Below, one piece after another: positions 53,909 through 63,011 of a stretch of 64,000 nucleotides of DNA (positions are counted from its first letter, which is position 1; every line of letters starts with the position of its first letter). Source of the DNA: Thermoanaerobaculia bacterium (GTDB lineage: Bacteria > Acidobacteriota > Thermoanaerobaculia > UBA5066); contig CAVRAY010000001.1 in assembly GCA_963719225.1 (NCBI GenBank), forward strand, positions 1,600,001 through 1,664,000. Reading direction: 5' to 3'. The notes under the pieces were generated by a model. The model had not been told where the DNA came from. It ran no database searches and saw nothing but the letters and a program-made list of their open reading frames with translations. The translations under genes and the position numbers were made by a program.

Positions 53909-54961
53909 ATGAGATCCCGCCTCGCTCTTCTCGTCTGCATGTCGGCGCTGGCCGGCGCGAGCCTGCCGGCCGCTGCAGCGGAAGTGCGGCTCCAGTACCG
54001 CGTCGTGTACGCCACCGCGAAAGACCTCGGCCGCCAGCTCGAGTCCGCCGGAAAGGAAGGCTTCGCCTGTCTCGCGGTCGCACGGCCCGATCCAGCTGTA
54101 GCGGTGCCCGGAGTCGTCGTCCTGCTCGGCCGCACCGCTTCATCCCCGGGGTCTCCCGTCTCGCATCGCGTCGTCGCCGCCGGATGGGCGGGCACGGACC
54201 TGGCCGAGCCGCTCGATCGCGCCGGCGGCGAGGGCTTTCGTCTCTGCGGCGCCGTCCTCGACGAGGAGCCGGGTCGGACGTCTCTCGTCGCCGTTCTGAC
54301 GCGGAAGGACGGCGCTCCGGCACCGGCTCGCTACGACGTCGAGGTCCTCAAGAACTACAAGGAGAGCCTCGTTCGCCTGAACGTCCGCGCGGCCGACGGA
54401 TTCGTGCCCGTCGCGGCGGCGCCGGTCAACGACAACCGGGTGCCCGAAATGCGGTCGTGGCTCGTCGTCGCCGAGAAGACCGGCTCACTCCCGCGTGAGG
54501 TGGCCGTCCGTTCGAGCTCGGGCCCGGACGGTTTTCAGAAGGTCCTCAACGAGCAGGGCGGCCAGGGCTATCGCGTCGACCTGATCTGGAAGGAAGGCAA
54601 CGACGCCGTGGCGATGATGTCGCGCCCACGCGGCGACGCGAAAGGAGCCGCCGTTTTCGCGGTCGACGCCGCGACGACCGACAAGATCCACTGGCTGAAG
54701 GGGCTCTACCTCGCCGACGTGGCCCATCGCGGCGAGGAGCGTCTCGTCATCCGCGACAGCGGCAGGTCCTCGTCGATCGAGGTGGAGGAGGATCCGTTGC
54801 CGCCGCTCTCGAAGCTGGGAACTGCCGATGCGGAGGCGCTCGAGGTGCTCGGCAACCATCTCTCGCGTCACGGCGGCTTCGTACCCGCGTCCGCACGCAT
54901 TCGTCGCGGGCCGGGCGGAACCTTCGTTCTCGCGACGGTGATCACACAACGCGGGCCGTGA
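53909..54961 (+). CDS. Hypothetical secreted protein with about four DUF4177-like repeats
   Basis: Signal peptide; repeats ending AGKEGF, AGGEGF, AADGF, GGQGY; SD GAGGAG. Confidence 0.65.
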   Translation: MRSRLALLVCMSALAGASLPAAAAEVRLQYRVVYATAKDLGRQLESAGKEGFACLAVARPDPAVAVPGVVVLLGRTASSPGSPVSHRVVAAGWAGTDLAEPLDRAGGEGFRLCGAVLDEEPGRTSLVAVLTRKDGAPAPARYDVEVLKNYKESLVRLNVRAADGFVPVAAAPVNDNRVPEMRSWLVVAEKTGSLPREVAVRSSSGPDGFQKVLNEQGGQGYRVDLIWKEGNDAVAMMSRPRGDAKGAAVFAVDAATTDKIHWLKGLYLADVAHRGEERLVIRDSGRSSSIEVEEDPLPPLSKLGTADAEALEVLGNHLSRHGGFVPASARIRRGPGGTFVLATVITQRGP

Positions 54962-55116
54962 GGCGGAAAGTTTTCGCTGGAGGCTCGTTTCGATAGAGAT
55001 TTTTTTCGCCGCGCGATACGATTCGCCTCAGGGGGTTTCCTCGATCCCATCGGGGGGATCCCGGGCGGCCGCCATGATTCTCGGACGCGCGTCGTCCCGC
55101 GACCGCGGAGGGACTG

Positions 55117-55749
55117 ATCGGGACTCGAATTCTCCTTGCCGACGACCATGAAGTCGTTCGTCAGGGTGTCCGCGCGCTCCTCGAGAAGGAGGGATACGAC
55201 GTCGTTGCCGAGGCCGGCGATGGCCGTGACGCCATTCGCCTCGCGCAGACGCATCGTCCCGACGTCGCGCTGCTCGACCTGACGATGCCGGTTCTGAACG
55301 GGATCGAGGCCGGCCGGGCCATCCGCGAGGCGTGTCCCGACGTGAAGCTCGTGGCCCTGACCGAGCATACGGAGGACAACTTCGTGCTCGACGCGCTCGA
55401 GGCGGGCTTTCGCGGTTACGTCTCGAAGCTGCAGGCGGTCACGGAGCTCGTCAAGGCGCTCGAAGAAGTCAAGGGCGGCTCGGTCTTCCTGAGTCCCGGG
55501 CTTTCCGACGTCGTCGTCGAGACCTACCTCGGCAAGGTACAGCCTCCAAAGGACTCCCTCACGCCGCGCGAGCGGGAAGTTCTGCAGCTCGTCGCCGAGA
55601 GCAAGACGACCAAGGACATCGCGCGCGTGCTCGGGATCGGCGTCAAGACGGTCGAATCGCACCGCACGCGGATCATGGCGAAGCTCGGGATCCACGAGAC
55701 CGCGGGTCTCGTGAGATACGCGATCCGGCGCGGATTGATCAAAGCCTGA
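55117..55749 (+). CDS. NarL/LuxR family response regulator (start codon unresolved)
   Basis: In-frame upstream RILLADDHEVVRQG...DVALLDLTMP; HTH LTPREREVL...TVESHR. Confidence 0.9.
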   Translation: MGTRILLADDHEVVRQGVRALLEKEGYDVVAEAGDGRDAIRLAQTHRPDVALLDLTMPVLNGIEAGRAIREACPDVKLVALTEHTEDNFVLDALEAGFRGYVSKLQAVTELVKALEEVKGGSVFLSPGLSDVVVETYLGKVQPPKDSLTPREREVLQLVAESKTTKDIARVLGIGVKTVESHRTRIMAKLGIHETAGLVRYAIRRGLIKA

Positions 55750-55880
55750 GCGGCTCCTAAGGGATTCTTCGGCGTCAAAGACGGGATTCGCCCCATGTTC
55801 GCGCGGCGCTCGAGGGCCTAGGTTTTCCTTGGCACCGGGTGACCCGGAATCCTGCCAATACCGACGAAAAGGAGAACCTC

Positions 55881-56333
55881 ATGGAAACCGCGAAAGTCGA
55901 CATCCGGAAACTCCAGCTTCTCAACGATCGCATCAATCAGTGCATCGATGCGTTGAATCAGGTTCGCGTCTCGGTACACGGCCTCTCCCATGCGTCCGCG
56001 GGCAACCCGGCGGGCCTGGGATCTCCCCTCGCGCAATCGCCCTTCGGCCAGCAATCGCCCTACGCGCAGATTCCCTACGGCGCGCAGGCCTTCGGGGCGG
56101 GTTACGTTCCGGGCCTCGGCCAGCAGACCGGGTTTCAGCAGGGATTCATCTCGCCTCAGGTCCCGGTCGGGATCGGCCAGGGCTTCAGTCCCGCGTTCGG
56201 GCTGAGCCACACGACGCAGGAGGGCCTCGAGAGCCGCCCGGTGTGGACGGATCCGCTCATGGCGGCGCGCATCGCGCAGACGTTCCCGTACCTTTATCTC
56301 TCGGTGTCGCCGGCAGTGGGAACGATCTACTAG
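55881..56333 (+). CDS. Hypothetical protein with N-terminal coiled segment and G/Q/P/F/Y low-complexity region
   Basis: SD AAAAGGAG before ATG 55881; METAKVDIRKLQLLNDRINQCIDALNQVR followed by Q/G-rich repeats. Confidence 0.8.
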   Translation: METAKVDIRKLQLLNDRINQCIDALNQVRVSVHGLSHASAGNPAGLGSPLAQSPFGQQSPYAQIPYGAQAFGAGYVPGLGQQTGFQQGFISPQVPVGIGQGFSPAFGLSHTTQEGLESRPVWTDPLMAARIAQTFPYLYLSVSPAVGTIY

Positions 56334-56447
56334 CCGCTTGCCGCGCGCCCGGGTTTATCCGGCGCCGGGAGGAAGCGAATCAGCGCCAGTGGCGGGGCCG
56401 CCCGGTGCGGCCCCGCTGCTTCTCTCCGAGCCGAAAAAGGAGTTGGT

Positions 56448-56993
56448 ATGAACAAGAACGTGGAAACCCTTCCGAACACGGGCATCGACGAGACGATCGG
56501 ACGCATCGAGGACCTCTACCAGAAGGTGACGGGAGTTCCCGTCCCGGCCGGCGATGCTCTCTATTCGCCGATCCCGGCCGAAAGAGATCCCGCCGAGCAC
56601 GTCGAGGAACAGCTCAACCGCCTGCTGGGAATGCTGGGCGGCTGGACGTCGCCGGTGAGTCCTGTGTGGGCGCCGCCGATCTCGATCTCCGAGAGCGAGT
56701 CCGAGATCGTCGTCGAGGCCGATCTTCCCGGAGTCGGCCGGGATCAGGTGACGGTGACGGTCCACGGGAACGCCCTCGTGATCACGGGATCGCGCCTTCT
56801 CTCGCGCGACAACGCGACGCAGCTCCGGCAGAGCGAGCGGCCCCTCGGGCCGTTCCGCCGGGTCGTGATGATACCGGGCATGCGGTCGGGCGAGCCCGTC
56901 GCCCAGATGAAGGACGGCGTCCTCGAGGTCCGGATCCAGAAGGACACGCAGGCGGTGAAGCCGCGGCAGATCGTCGTGAATCACGTGAACTGA
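56448..56993 (+). CDS. Hsp20/alpha-crystallin small heat-shock protein
   Basis: ADLPGV, ERPLGPFRR, AQMKDGVLEVRI; SD AAGGAG. Confidence 0.9.
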   Translation: MNKNVETLPNTGIDETIGRIEDLYQKVTGVPVPAGDALYSPIPAERDPAEHVEEQLNRLLGMLGGWTSPVSPVWAPPISISESESEIVVEADLPGVGRDQVTVTVHGNALVITGSRLLSRDNATQLRQSERPLGPFRRVVMIPGMRSGEPVAQMKDGVLEVRIQKDTQAVKPRQIVVNHVN

Positions 56994-57021
56994 ACGACGG
57001 CCCGAGCCCGCGGCGCGCCAG

Positions 57022-58977
57022 TTAACCGACCCAGACGTCCTTTCCGAAGGCGTGGACGACCGCCTCGTCGAGATCCGAGACGAACGCGACGATCTCGCGG
57101 CAGATGTCGGCCGGAACGAGGGAGCTTCCTTCGAGCTCGCGGCGGTTGCCAGCGGGCAGGAGGATCTTCGCGAGGTTGCGGTTGTAGGCCCCTCGCACCT
57201 TGTACTCGGGCTCTCCGATCGGCTTCACGACGAGGACGTCGTGGGCGTCGGCGACGAGGGCCCCCGTCGACGCGACTGTTTGCGGCACGGGTTTGTCGAG
57301 GAACACGGAGAGGAAGGCCAGCGCCGACGGAAGGCCGGCGGAGAGCCCTCCGGACGGCTCGTCCTCCTTCGTGACCTTGTACGTGTAGCCGTAGTCGAGG
57401 ATGTCGCGCGTTTTTTCCGGCCATTTCGCGCGCGCGTATTCCCGCGCCGAGAAGAACGTATTTCGGACGCCCTGCGTCATCTCGGGCGTGAGGTTTCCGA
57501 GAATCTCCTCGAGGAATCCGCCGCGGCCGCGCTCGGCGGGCCGGCGGGCGGACCAGACTTCGTGCACGAGACCTCGCGGCTTTCCGGCGAGGTGATAGAC
57601 GGCGGCGGCGAGGACGCGACCCACCGGATGCTGCGCGCGTTCCACGGCGTCTTCCAGAGCCGCGGCACGCTTGGCGCAGCGCTCGGCCTCTGCCTTGTGG
57701 CCGAAGATCCCGTGGAAGGCCGCCAGCTGCCGCCAGAGCGACGGCCGGAGCGGTGATGCGTGAAGTGCGGCCTCGAGGCATTCGAGGGTCGTGCGCGCTG
57801 TCTCGGGCCGGCTGAAGTACGCGGCGACGGCGCGCGACGGTTTCTGCCCGTGCCGCTCGAGGAGCCGGCCGATGACGCGAAGGTCGTCGGGCGACTTCTG
57901 GAGGCTCGCGAGGTGGAGGGAGACCGCTTCCTCATCCGCGCCCGCGAGCGCGGCCAGATCGCCGCGGTACTTGAGTCCGAGCGCGTCGTCGTCCCCGTCG
58001 AAGAGCTCGCCGGCGCTTCGACGGTCGCCGCCGAGGGCGAGCGCGATCGCGCTTTCCCGCGGAAAGTCCGGCGCCGCCGATGCCGCGTCCGGAAAGCGGA
58101 TCGTGCTCAGCTTGTCGAGCGGCAGGTAGTGCCGTGCGGCCGCTCGAACGACGTCGGCGAAGGAGGGCCGGTGCATGCGCCGGCGGAAGAGCTCGAGGAA
58201 GCGCCGTTCGTAGCCGGCCGCTTCCTCCTTCCGGCCGAGGAGCCGATAGAGAGACGCCAGGTGCCCCAGCACGGAGACCTTCTCGTAGCTCCTTTCGAAA
58301 TGCTGGTAGACGTTCACGGCCTTCTCCAGGAGATCCTTCGTTCCGATCCGCTCGTAGAGCCGCGCGAGCGCCAGCACCCGGTCGCTGTCGGTCTCGAAGC
58401 CGCGGTCCTTGCCGAGCGATTCCAGGATGGCGCGGGCGGCGTCGAGGTCGCCCGAGAGCTCGGCGATCCAGGCGTTCGCGAGGACGGCGAGCTTGTAGAC
58501 GTCGACGTCCGACGCGCGGTACTTGCGCGCGATCTCCTCGCAGCGCTGGCGCGCCTCGTCCGGACGCTGCTCGAGGAAGAGCCGGAACGCGCGCTCGAGC
58601 TCCAGGAGCGCCGCGGGTTTCCGCCAGAACTGGAACGGCCCGAGCGCGACGTAGTTTCCGGGGCCGCGCTCGCTTTCCCTCGCGAACTGCAGGAGAGAGC
58701 TCAGGCGGATCAAGGCGCCCTGCGCGCGCGGCGCCTTCTCGTGCACCTGCGACCAGCAGGCGATCGCCTCGGAAAGCTCCCCGCGAATGTGCTTGATCTT
58801 CGCGAGGAGGTCGAGCGCCGTCAGATCCTCGGGACGCTCCTCGAGGACGCCTTCGACCTCGGGCTCTGCGTCGTAAAGCTCGCCGAGCTCGACGAGGATG
58901 GAGGCATGGCGGAGGCGGTCGTCGGCGGAATCCGAGATCTCGGCCTGTCCGGAAGCGGCGTCGGTCGTCTCGCGCAT
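57022..58977 (-). CDS. TPR protein with C-terminal Lon-type (S16) protease domain
   Basis: TPR-like helices; PSGGLSAG (Ser), ASTG, KPIGEPEYKVRGA (Lys), ILLPAGN. Confidence 0.72.
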   Translation of the reverse strand: MRETTDAASGQAEISDSADDRLRHASILVELGELYDAEPEVEGVLEERPEDLTALDLLAKIKHIRGELSEAIACWSQVHEKAPRAQGALIRLSSLLQFARESERGPGNYVALGPFQFWRKPAALLELERAFRLFLEQRPDEARQRCEEIARKYRASDVDVYKLAVLANAWIAELSGDLDAARAILESLGKDRGFETDSDRVLALARLYERIGTKDLLEKAVNVYQHFERSYEKVSVLGHLASLYRLLGRKEEAAGYERRFLELFRRRMHRPSFADVVRAAARHYLPLDKLSTIRFPDAASAAPDFPRESAIALALGGDRRSAGELFDGDDDALGLKYRGDLAALAGADEEAVSLHLASLQKSPDDLRVIGRLLERHGQKPSRAVAAYFSRPETARTTLECLEAALHASPLRPSLWRQLAAFHGIFGHKAEAERCAKRAAALEDAVERAQHPVGRVLAAAVYHLAGKPRGLVHEVWSARRPAERGRGGFLEEILGNLTPEMTQGVRNTFFSAREYARAKWPEKTRDILDYGYTYKVTKEDEPSGGLSAGLPSALAFLSVFLDKPVPQTVASTGALVADAHDVLVVKPIGEPEYKVRGAYNRNLAKILLPAGNRRELEGSSLVPADICREIVAFVSDLDEAVVHAFGKDVWVG

Positions 58978-59031
58978 GACCCCCATTGTAGTGAGTGCGA
59001 ATGAGACGCAAAACCCTTGCAGCAGAAGCTC

Positions 59032-59059
59032 TTGACAGCCACTCGGGGGGAAACAGAAT
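59032..59059 (+). promoter_or_regulatory. Putative sigma70 promoter for the 59144 ORF and the ligase
   Basis: TTGACA (59032-59037), 16-nt spacer, CAGAAT (59054-59059). Confidence 0.55.
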
Positions 59060-59143
59060 CAGCTCAAATGGCGCCGCAATGCGCAGAAACCGCCAGGACG
59101 AGTAACTGGTTCCCCAATAGAACGATGGGAAGGAAGGTGGACC

Positions 59144-59323
59144 ATGGCACGCATCAAGTCCGGTAAGAAGATGTTGTCGCGAAAGGTCGCGATCGAGTCC
59201 ATGAACTTCGCCCAGGCTCGGAAGCTGCTCGACAAGGAAGGTTTTGCCCGGGTCGTCATCGTCCAGCGCAACGCTCTGGACCCGAGCAAGATCGTTTCCA
59301 TCGGGTTTCACGAAGCCGGTTAA
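59144..59323 (+). CDS. Small 59-aa protein, not in the ORF track (possible precursor or carrier peptide)
   Basis: SD-like GGAAGGAAGGT; MARIKSGKKMLSRKVAIESMNFAQARKLLDKEGFARVVIVQRNALDPSKIVSIGFHEAG; GC3-rich codons. Confidence 0.75.
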   Translation: MARIKSGKKMLSRKVAIESMNFAQARKLLDKEGFARVVIVQRNALDPSKIVSIGFHEAG

Positions 59324-59353
59324 GAGAGACGCGCACACCCGGCGGCCCCTTTC

Positions 59354-60817
59354 ATGAACCGAGAGGCTGCGCTCGGCCTGGAAGAGCTGCGGAAGGTACT
59401 CGAAGAACAGCGACGGGAAGGTGCCGCACCCCGGCCGGGGACCGATGCGGAGAGTGCAAGAGCCGGAGTCAGACGGCTCCTCGCCCGAGAGTTGCTCCTT
59501 TTGAAGCAGACGCTCGTCTACGCGGGCGCGAACGTGCCTTATTACGAGGAGCTGTTTCGGGAACAGCGGTTCGACCCGGACGATTTCCAGACCGTCGCCG
59601 ATCTCCGGCAGTTGCCGCCGCTCCAGAAGCACACGATCGCATCGAACCTCGAGTCATTCCTCAGCCGGAGGGCGATGGTCAATTCGATCGTCTGCACCTC
59701 GGGGACGACGGGCCTGCGGCTTCCCAGATTCATCAGCGAAGAAGAAGACGAGGCTTGCCGGCTGCTGGACAGGATCGACTTCGCCGCTTCGGGCAGGCGG
59801 CAGGAGAAGAAGGCGATTCTCCTGCGCGTGTTTCCCGCGATGCGGCGGTATAGCCGCCCCAGCCGAAACGAGACCTACCTCCAGATTGCAGTGACGCTCA
59901 ACTGGGATTACCCCAGGTACTACACCCGTGTCGATTACTACGATTTTGTCCTCCGGCAGCTCTTCGAGGAGTTCCCGGTGCCGGGAACCGAGGGCCGGGT
60001 GACGGTCGTTCACGTCACGCCTCCTTTCGTGATCCGGTTGCTGACGGAGGAGATGGCGGCGCGTTCCCTGTCTTTTCAAGACACGCGTGTCCGGACGATC
60101 GTCTGCTCCGGCGGTCTGCTGACCGACAGGATCCGCAGGCTCATCGAGCAGAAATGGGGCGCCCAGGCGCTTTCGGTCTACAGTATGACCGAGTCCAACG
60201 CCACGGCCGCGGAGTGTCCGACCTTCCGGAACCGCTACCACTTCAACGCGGCGGTCTATCTCGAGGTGGTCGATCCACTCACCCAGGCGCCGGTTCCGGA
60301 AGGCCATGAAGGCCAGCTCCTCGTGACGACGCTCTTTCCCTTCCAGCAGGCGCAGCCCTTCATCCGCTACAACAGCGGCGACGTCGTGAGGAACTGCGGA
60401 GCGCAGTGCGATTGCGGCGCCATCGCGCCGACTGTCGAGTTCCGCGGGCGACGTGAGCATTGCCTCGACCTGACGGACGTGATTCCCGCCTCCGCAGGAC
60501 ATCGCTTCGTCGCGTCAGCGGACATCCACAACCTCCTCGAGGACATCCCCGAGGTCCCGTCCTTGCTCTACCCGCGGTTCGACCTGAAGCGCGTGAACGG
60601 AAAGAAGGGTTCCGTGGTGGTCCAGCTGAATGTGGAAGCGAGTCACCTCACCGACCCGGCGATGGCCGAGAGGCTCACGCAGCAGGTCACCACCGCCCTG
60701 CAGGCGCAGTACCCGGAGTGGGATTCGCTGATCAGGCGCGGCCGGTTGGCCTGGGACATTCGCTGGCATCACCGGGGCGAAATGGAATCGTTCTTCCGCC
60801 TCTATCCGCCCAGTTGA
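59354..60817 (+). CDS. Phenylacetate-CoA ligase (PaaK)-family adenylate-forming enzyme
   Basis: VPYYEELF, CTSGTTG, YSMTE, EVVDP, GQLLVTTL, PFIRYNSGD, GRRE. Confidence 0.85.
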   Translation: MNREAALGLEELRKVLEEQRREGAAPRPGTDAESARAGVRRLLARELLLLKQTLVYAGANVPYYEELFREQRFDPDDFQTVADLRQLPPLQKHTIASNLESFLSRRAMVNSIVCTSGTTGLRLPRFISEEEDEACRLLDRIDFAASGRRQEKKAILLRVFPAMRRYSRPSRNETYLQIAVTLNWDYPRYYTRVDYYDFVLRQLFEEFPVPGTEGRVTVVHVTPPFVIRLLTEEMAARSLSFQDTRVRTIVCSGGLLTDRIRRLIEQKWGAQALSVYSMTESNATAAECPTFRNRYHFNAAVYLEVVDPLTQAPVPEGHEGQLLVTTLFPFQQAQPFIRYNSGDVVRNCGAQCDCGAIAPTVEFRGRREHCLDLTDVIPASAGHRFVASADIHNLLEDIPEVPSLLYPRFDLKRVNGKKGSVVVQLNVEASHLTDPAMAERLTQQVTTALQAQYPEWDSLIRRGRLAWDIRWHHRGEMESFFRLYPPS

Positions 60818-61794
60818 GGAGTACCGCTCTCATTCCGGAATTGGCAGGACGTTTCACACCCCATTTGGTCGTATTGCGCCCAATGTGACCCGAGGCAGCC
60901 TTTTCGGCAGACTGCAGAAACCCGACACGTCCTGGCCATCCACTCTTCGATCTCCCGCCGCGCCACAGCCAGCCGGGCGGCGGACAGGGTGTACGCCGCC
61001 GGCCCCGCCACGTCCCACAGTCCTTTGCCCTTGAAGAGGATGCAGGGCAGCAGGTTGCCGAGCGCGTCGATTCCGAAGATGTCCAGCCCGGCGCGGCATT
61101 CCTGAAACGGCACGTCGTTGAAGATCCTCTTCGTGTTGATTCGATAGCGTTCCCGGAATTCCGCCTGAAGCTCCCGCACGGCTTCTCTCACCGCGAAGCG
61201 TTCGGTTTCCGAAAGTCCCAACGCCTCGTCGTCGTTCAAGAGACCCAGAAGCGTGATGGATTCGGATCCGAGCTCGTGGCCCAGCCGGACGATCTCGCGC
61301 AGCTTCTCGTGGTTGCACCGGGTGACCACGGTGATCAAATGGACCTCGCACCCGGACCGGCTGAGGTGCTCGATCGCCTGCGTGACCCGGTCGAAGCCGC
61401 TCGCGTCGCCCCGCATCGCGTGGTAGGACGCCGCGTCCCATCCGTCCAGCGAGACGGAGATCTCGCTCAAGTATCCGGAGAGCTTCTTCGCCTGGTCGGC
61501 GTCCACGACCGTCCCGTTCGTACAGAGATCCACGCCGTGGCCGAGCCCATGGAGGTAGGCGACGATCTCGTAAATGTCTCTTCTCAACAGCGGCTCGCCA
61601 CCCGACAGAACGACATCGTCGATCCCGATGGCGGACAACCGGTCGGCGATGGCCTTGATCTCGGCGAGCGGCAATTGCGTCCGTCCCTCTTTCTCCACGT
61701 AGCAATGACGACACTCCAGGTTGCATCCCCGCGTGATCTCCCACAGCAATCGGGTCTTCCCGCCACCCGGCCTGAACAAGCACATGTTTTCCAT
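60802..61794 (-). CDS. Radical SAM enzyme with SPASM/twitch-like C-terminus
   Basis: CNLECRHC, SGGEP, ISVSLDG, CRAG...GNLLPC, C..SAVCRKGC. Confidence 0.88.
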   Translation of the reverse strand: MENMCLFRPGGGKTRLLWEITRGCNLECRHCYVEKEGRTQLPLAEIKAIADRLSAIGIDDVVLSGGEPLLRRDIYEIVAYLHGLGHGVDLCTNGTVVDADQAKKLSGYLSEISVSLDGWDAASYHAMRGDASGFDRVTQAIEHLSRSGCEVHLITVVTRCNHEKLREIVRLGHELGSESITLLGLLNDDEALGLSETERFAVREAVRELQAEFRERYRINTKRIFNDVPFQECRAGLDIFGIDALGNLLPCILFKGKGLWDVAGPAAYTLSAARLAVARREIEEWMARTCRVSAVCRKGCLGSHWAQYDQMGCETSCQFRNESGTPQLGG

Positions 61795-63011
61795 CAGCGC
61801 CTACACTGCCCGAGCCGGAGCCCGCGATAGACCTCGTGAAACGAATCGCAGATGTGATCGATCTGCGAAGCCGTCAGGGCTTCGTGGGTCGGGAGCGTGA
61901 TGATCGAACCAATCCACGCCTCCGCGTTGCGGCAGCGGCCGGCCTGGTATTGCGGCGCGTACCGGGAGCATGAAAAAGGGCAGTCCGTGAGGCCGTAGCC
62001 TGTTCGATTCGTCAGGATCGGGTACTCGTACGCCGGCCGGTAGCCGTATTCCAGCGTATCGGAAACGATCCCTTTTGCTTTCAGCCCTGCGGCGAAAGCC
62101 TCGGTCCCGTCCCGGTCCAGACCACGAAGATGGACGACGAGCGCGTACGCATTGGCCTTGCTGCCGGGGACCGATTCATAGGCTTCGGCCGCGGTGCAGT
62201 CGGCCAGCCGCTCCGTGATGCTCCGGGCGTGGGCGGATCTTTTTCGAATCTTCTCGTGGAGCTTCGCAACTTGACTGATGCCAAACGCGGCGGTGAACGC
62301 GTTGACTTTGTAATTCCATCCCAGGACGTGACCGGCGCGCCGGTGAATCGCGTCCCACCCCGCGCCCTTGCGGTACACCATCCCGTATCGCTGAATCTCG
62401 CGCATCCGATCCGCGAGATCGTCATCGTCCGTGAGCGTAAAGCCCCCTTCTCCGGTGGAAATCAGCTTTCGCTCGTGCGTGCTCGCGCAAGCCGCCACCC
62501 CGAAGGTGCCGAGCTTCCTCCCGTTGACGGAGGCTCCGACCGAGAGCGCGATGTCCTCGACGACCGGCACCCCGCGTGCTTCGCAGACGCGGGCGACGGC
62601 CTCGACATTCATGGGGTAGCCCCACATCGGCACACATACCACGGCCTTCGTGCGCGGGCCGAGCTTCGCTTGCAGATCGTCGAGGTCAAAATCGAAGCGA
62701 TCGGGTTCGACGTCCGCGAAGACGGGGATCGCATTCTGAAAGAGAACCGCCAGGACCGATTCGATCGTGCCCGCCGGCGACAGGATCACTTCGTCCCCCG
62801 GGCCGATCTCGAGGGCGGCGAGGGCGCCGTGAATCGCCGTGGTGCCCGACGAGAACGCCAGGGCATGCCGGACGCCGAAATACCTGGCAAGAGAGGTTTC
62901 GTACTCTCTGACGAGCTCGCTGCCCCCGGACACCGTCCGGCAGCCCGCGGCACGCTTCAACTGGGCCAGGTCGCAGTCGTCGACGTCGACGTGAAAAGAG
63001 CGCAGGTTCAT
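61794..63011 (-). CDS. DegT/DnrJ/EryC1/StrS family PLP aminotransferase
   Basis: SSGTTAI, GDEVI, VVED, STHERK, TGEGG, GWNYK, ITLP. Confidence 0.9.
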   Translation of the reverse strand: MNLRSFHVDVDDCDLAQLKRAAGCRTVSGGSELVREYETSLARYFGVRHALAFSSGTTAIHGALAALEIGPGDEVILSPAGTIESVLAVLFQNAIPVFADVEPDRFDFDLDDLQAKLGPRTKAVVCVPMWGYPMNVEAVARVCEARGVPVVEDIALSVGASVNGRKLGTFGVAACASTHERKLISTGEGGFTLTDDDDLADRMREIQRYGMVYRKGAGWDAIHRRAGHVLGWNYKVNAFTAAFGISQVAKLHEKIRKRSAHARSITERLADCTAAEAYESVPGSKANAYALVVHLRGLDRDGTEAFAAGLKAKGIVSDTLEYGYRPAYEYPILTNRTGYGLTDCPFSCSRYAPQYQAGRCRNAEAWIGSIITLPTHEALTASQIDHICDSFHEVYRGLRLGQCRR

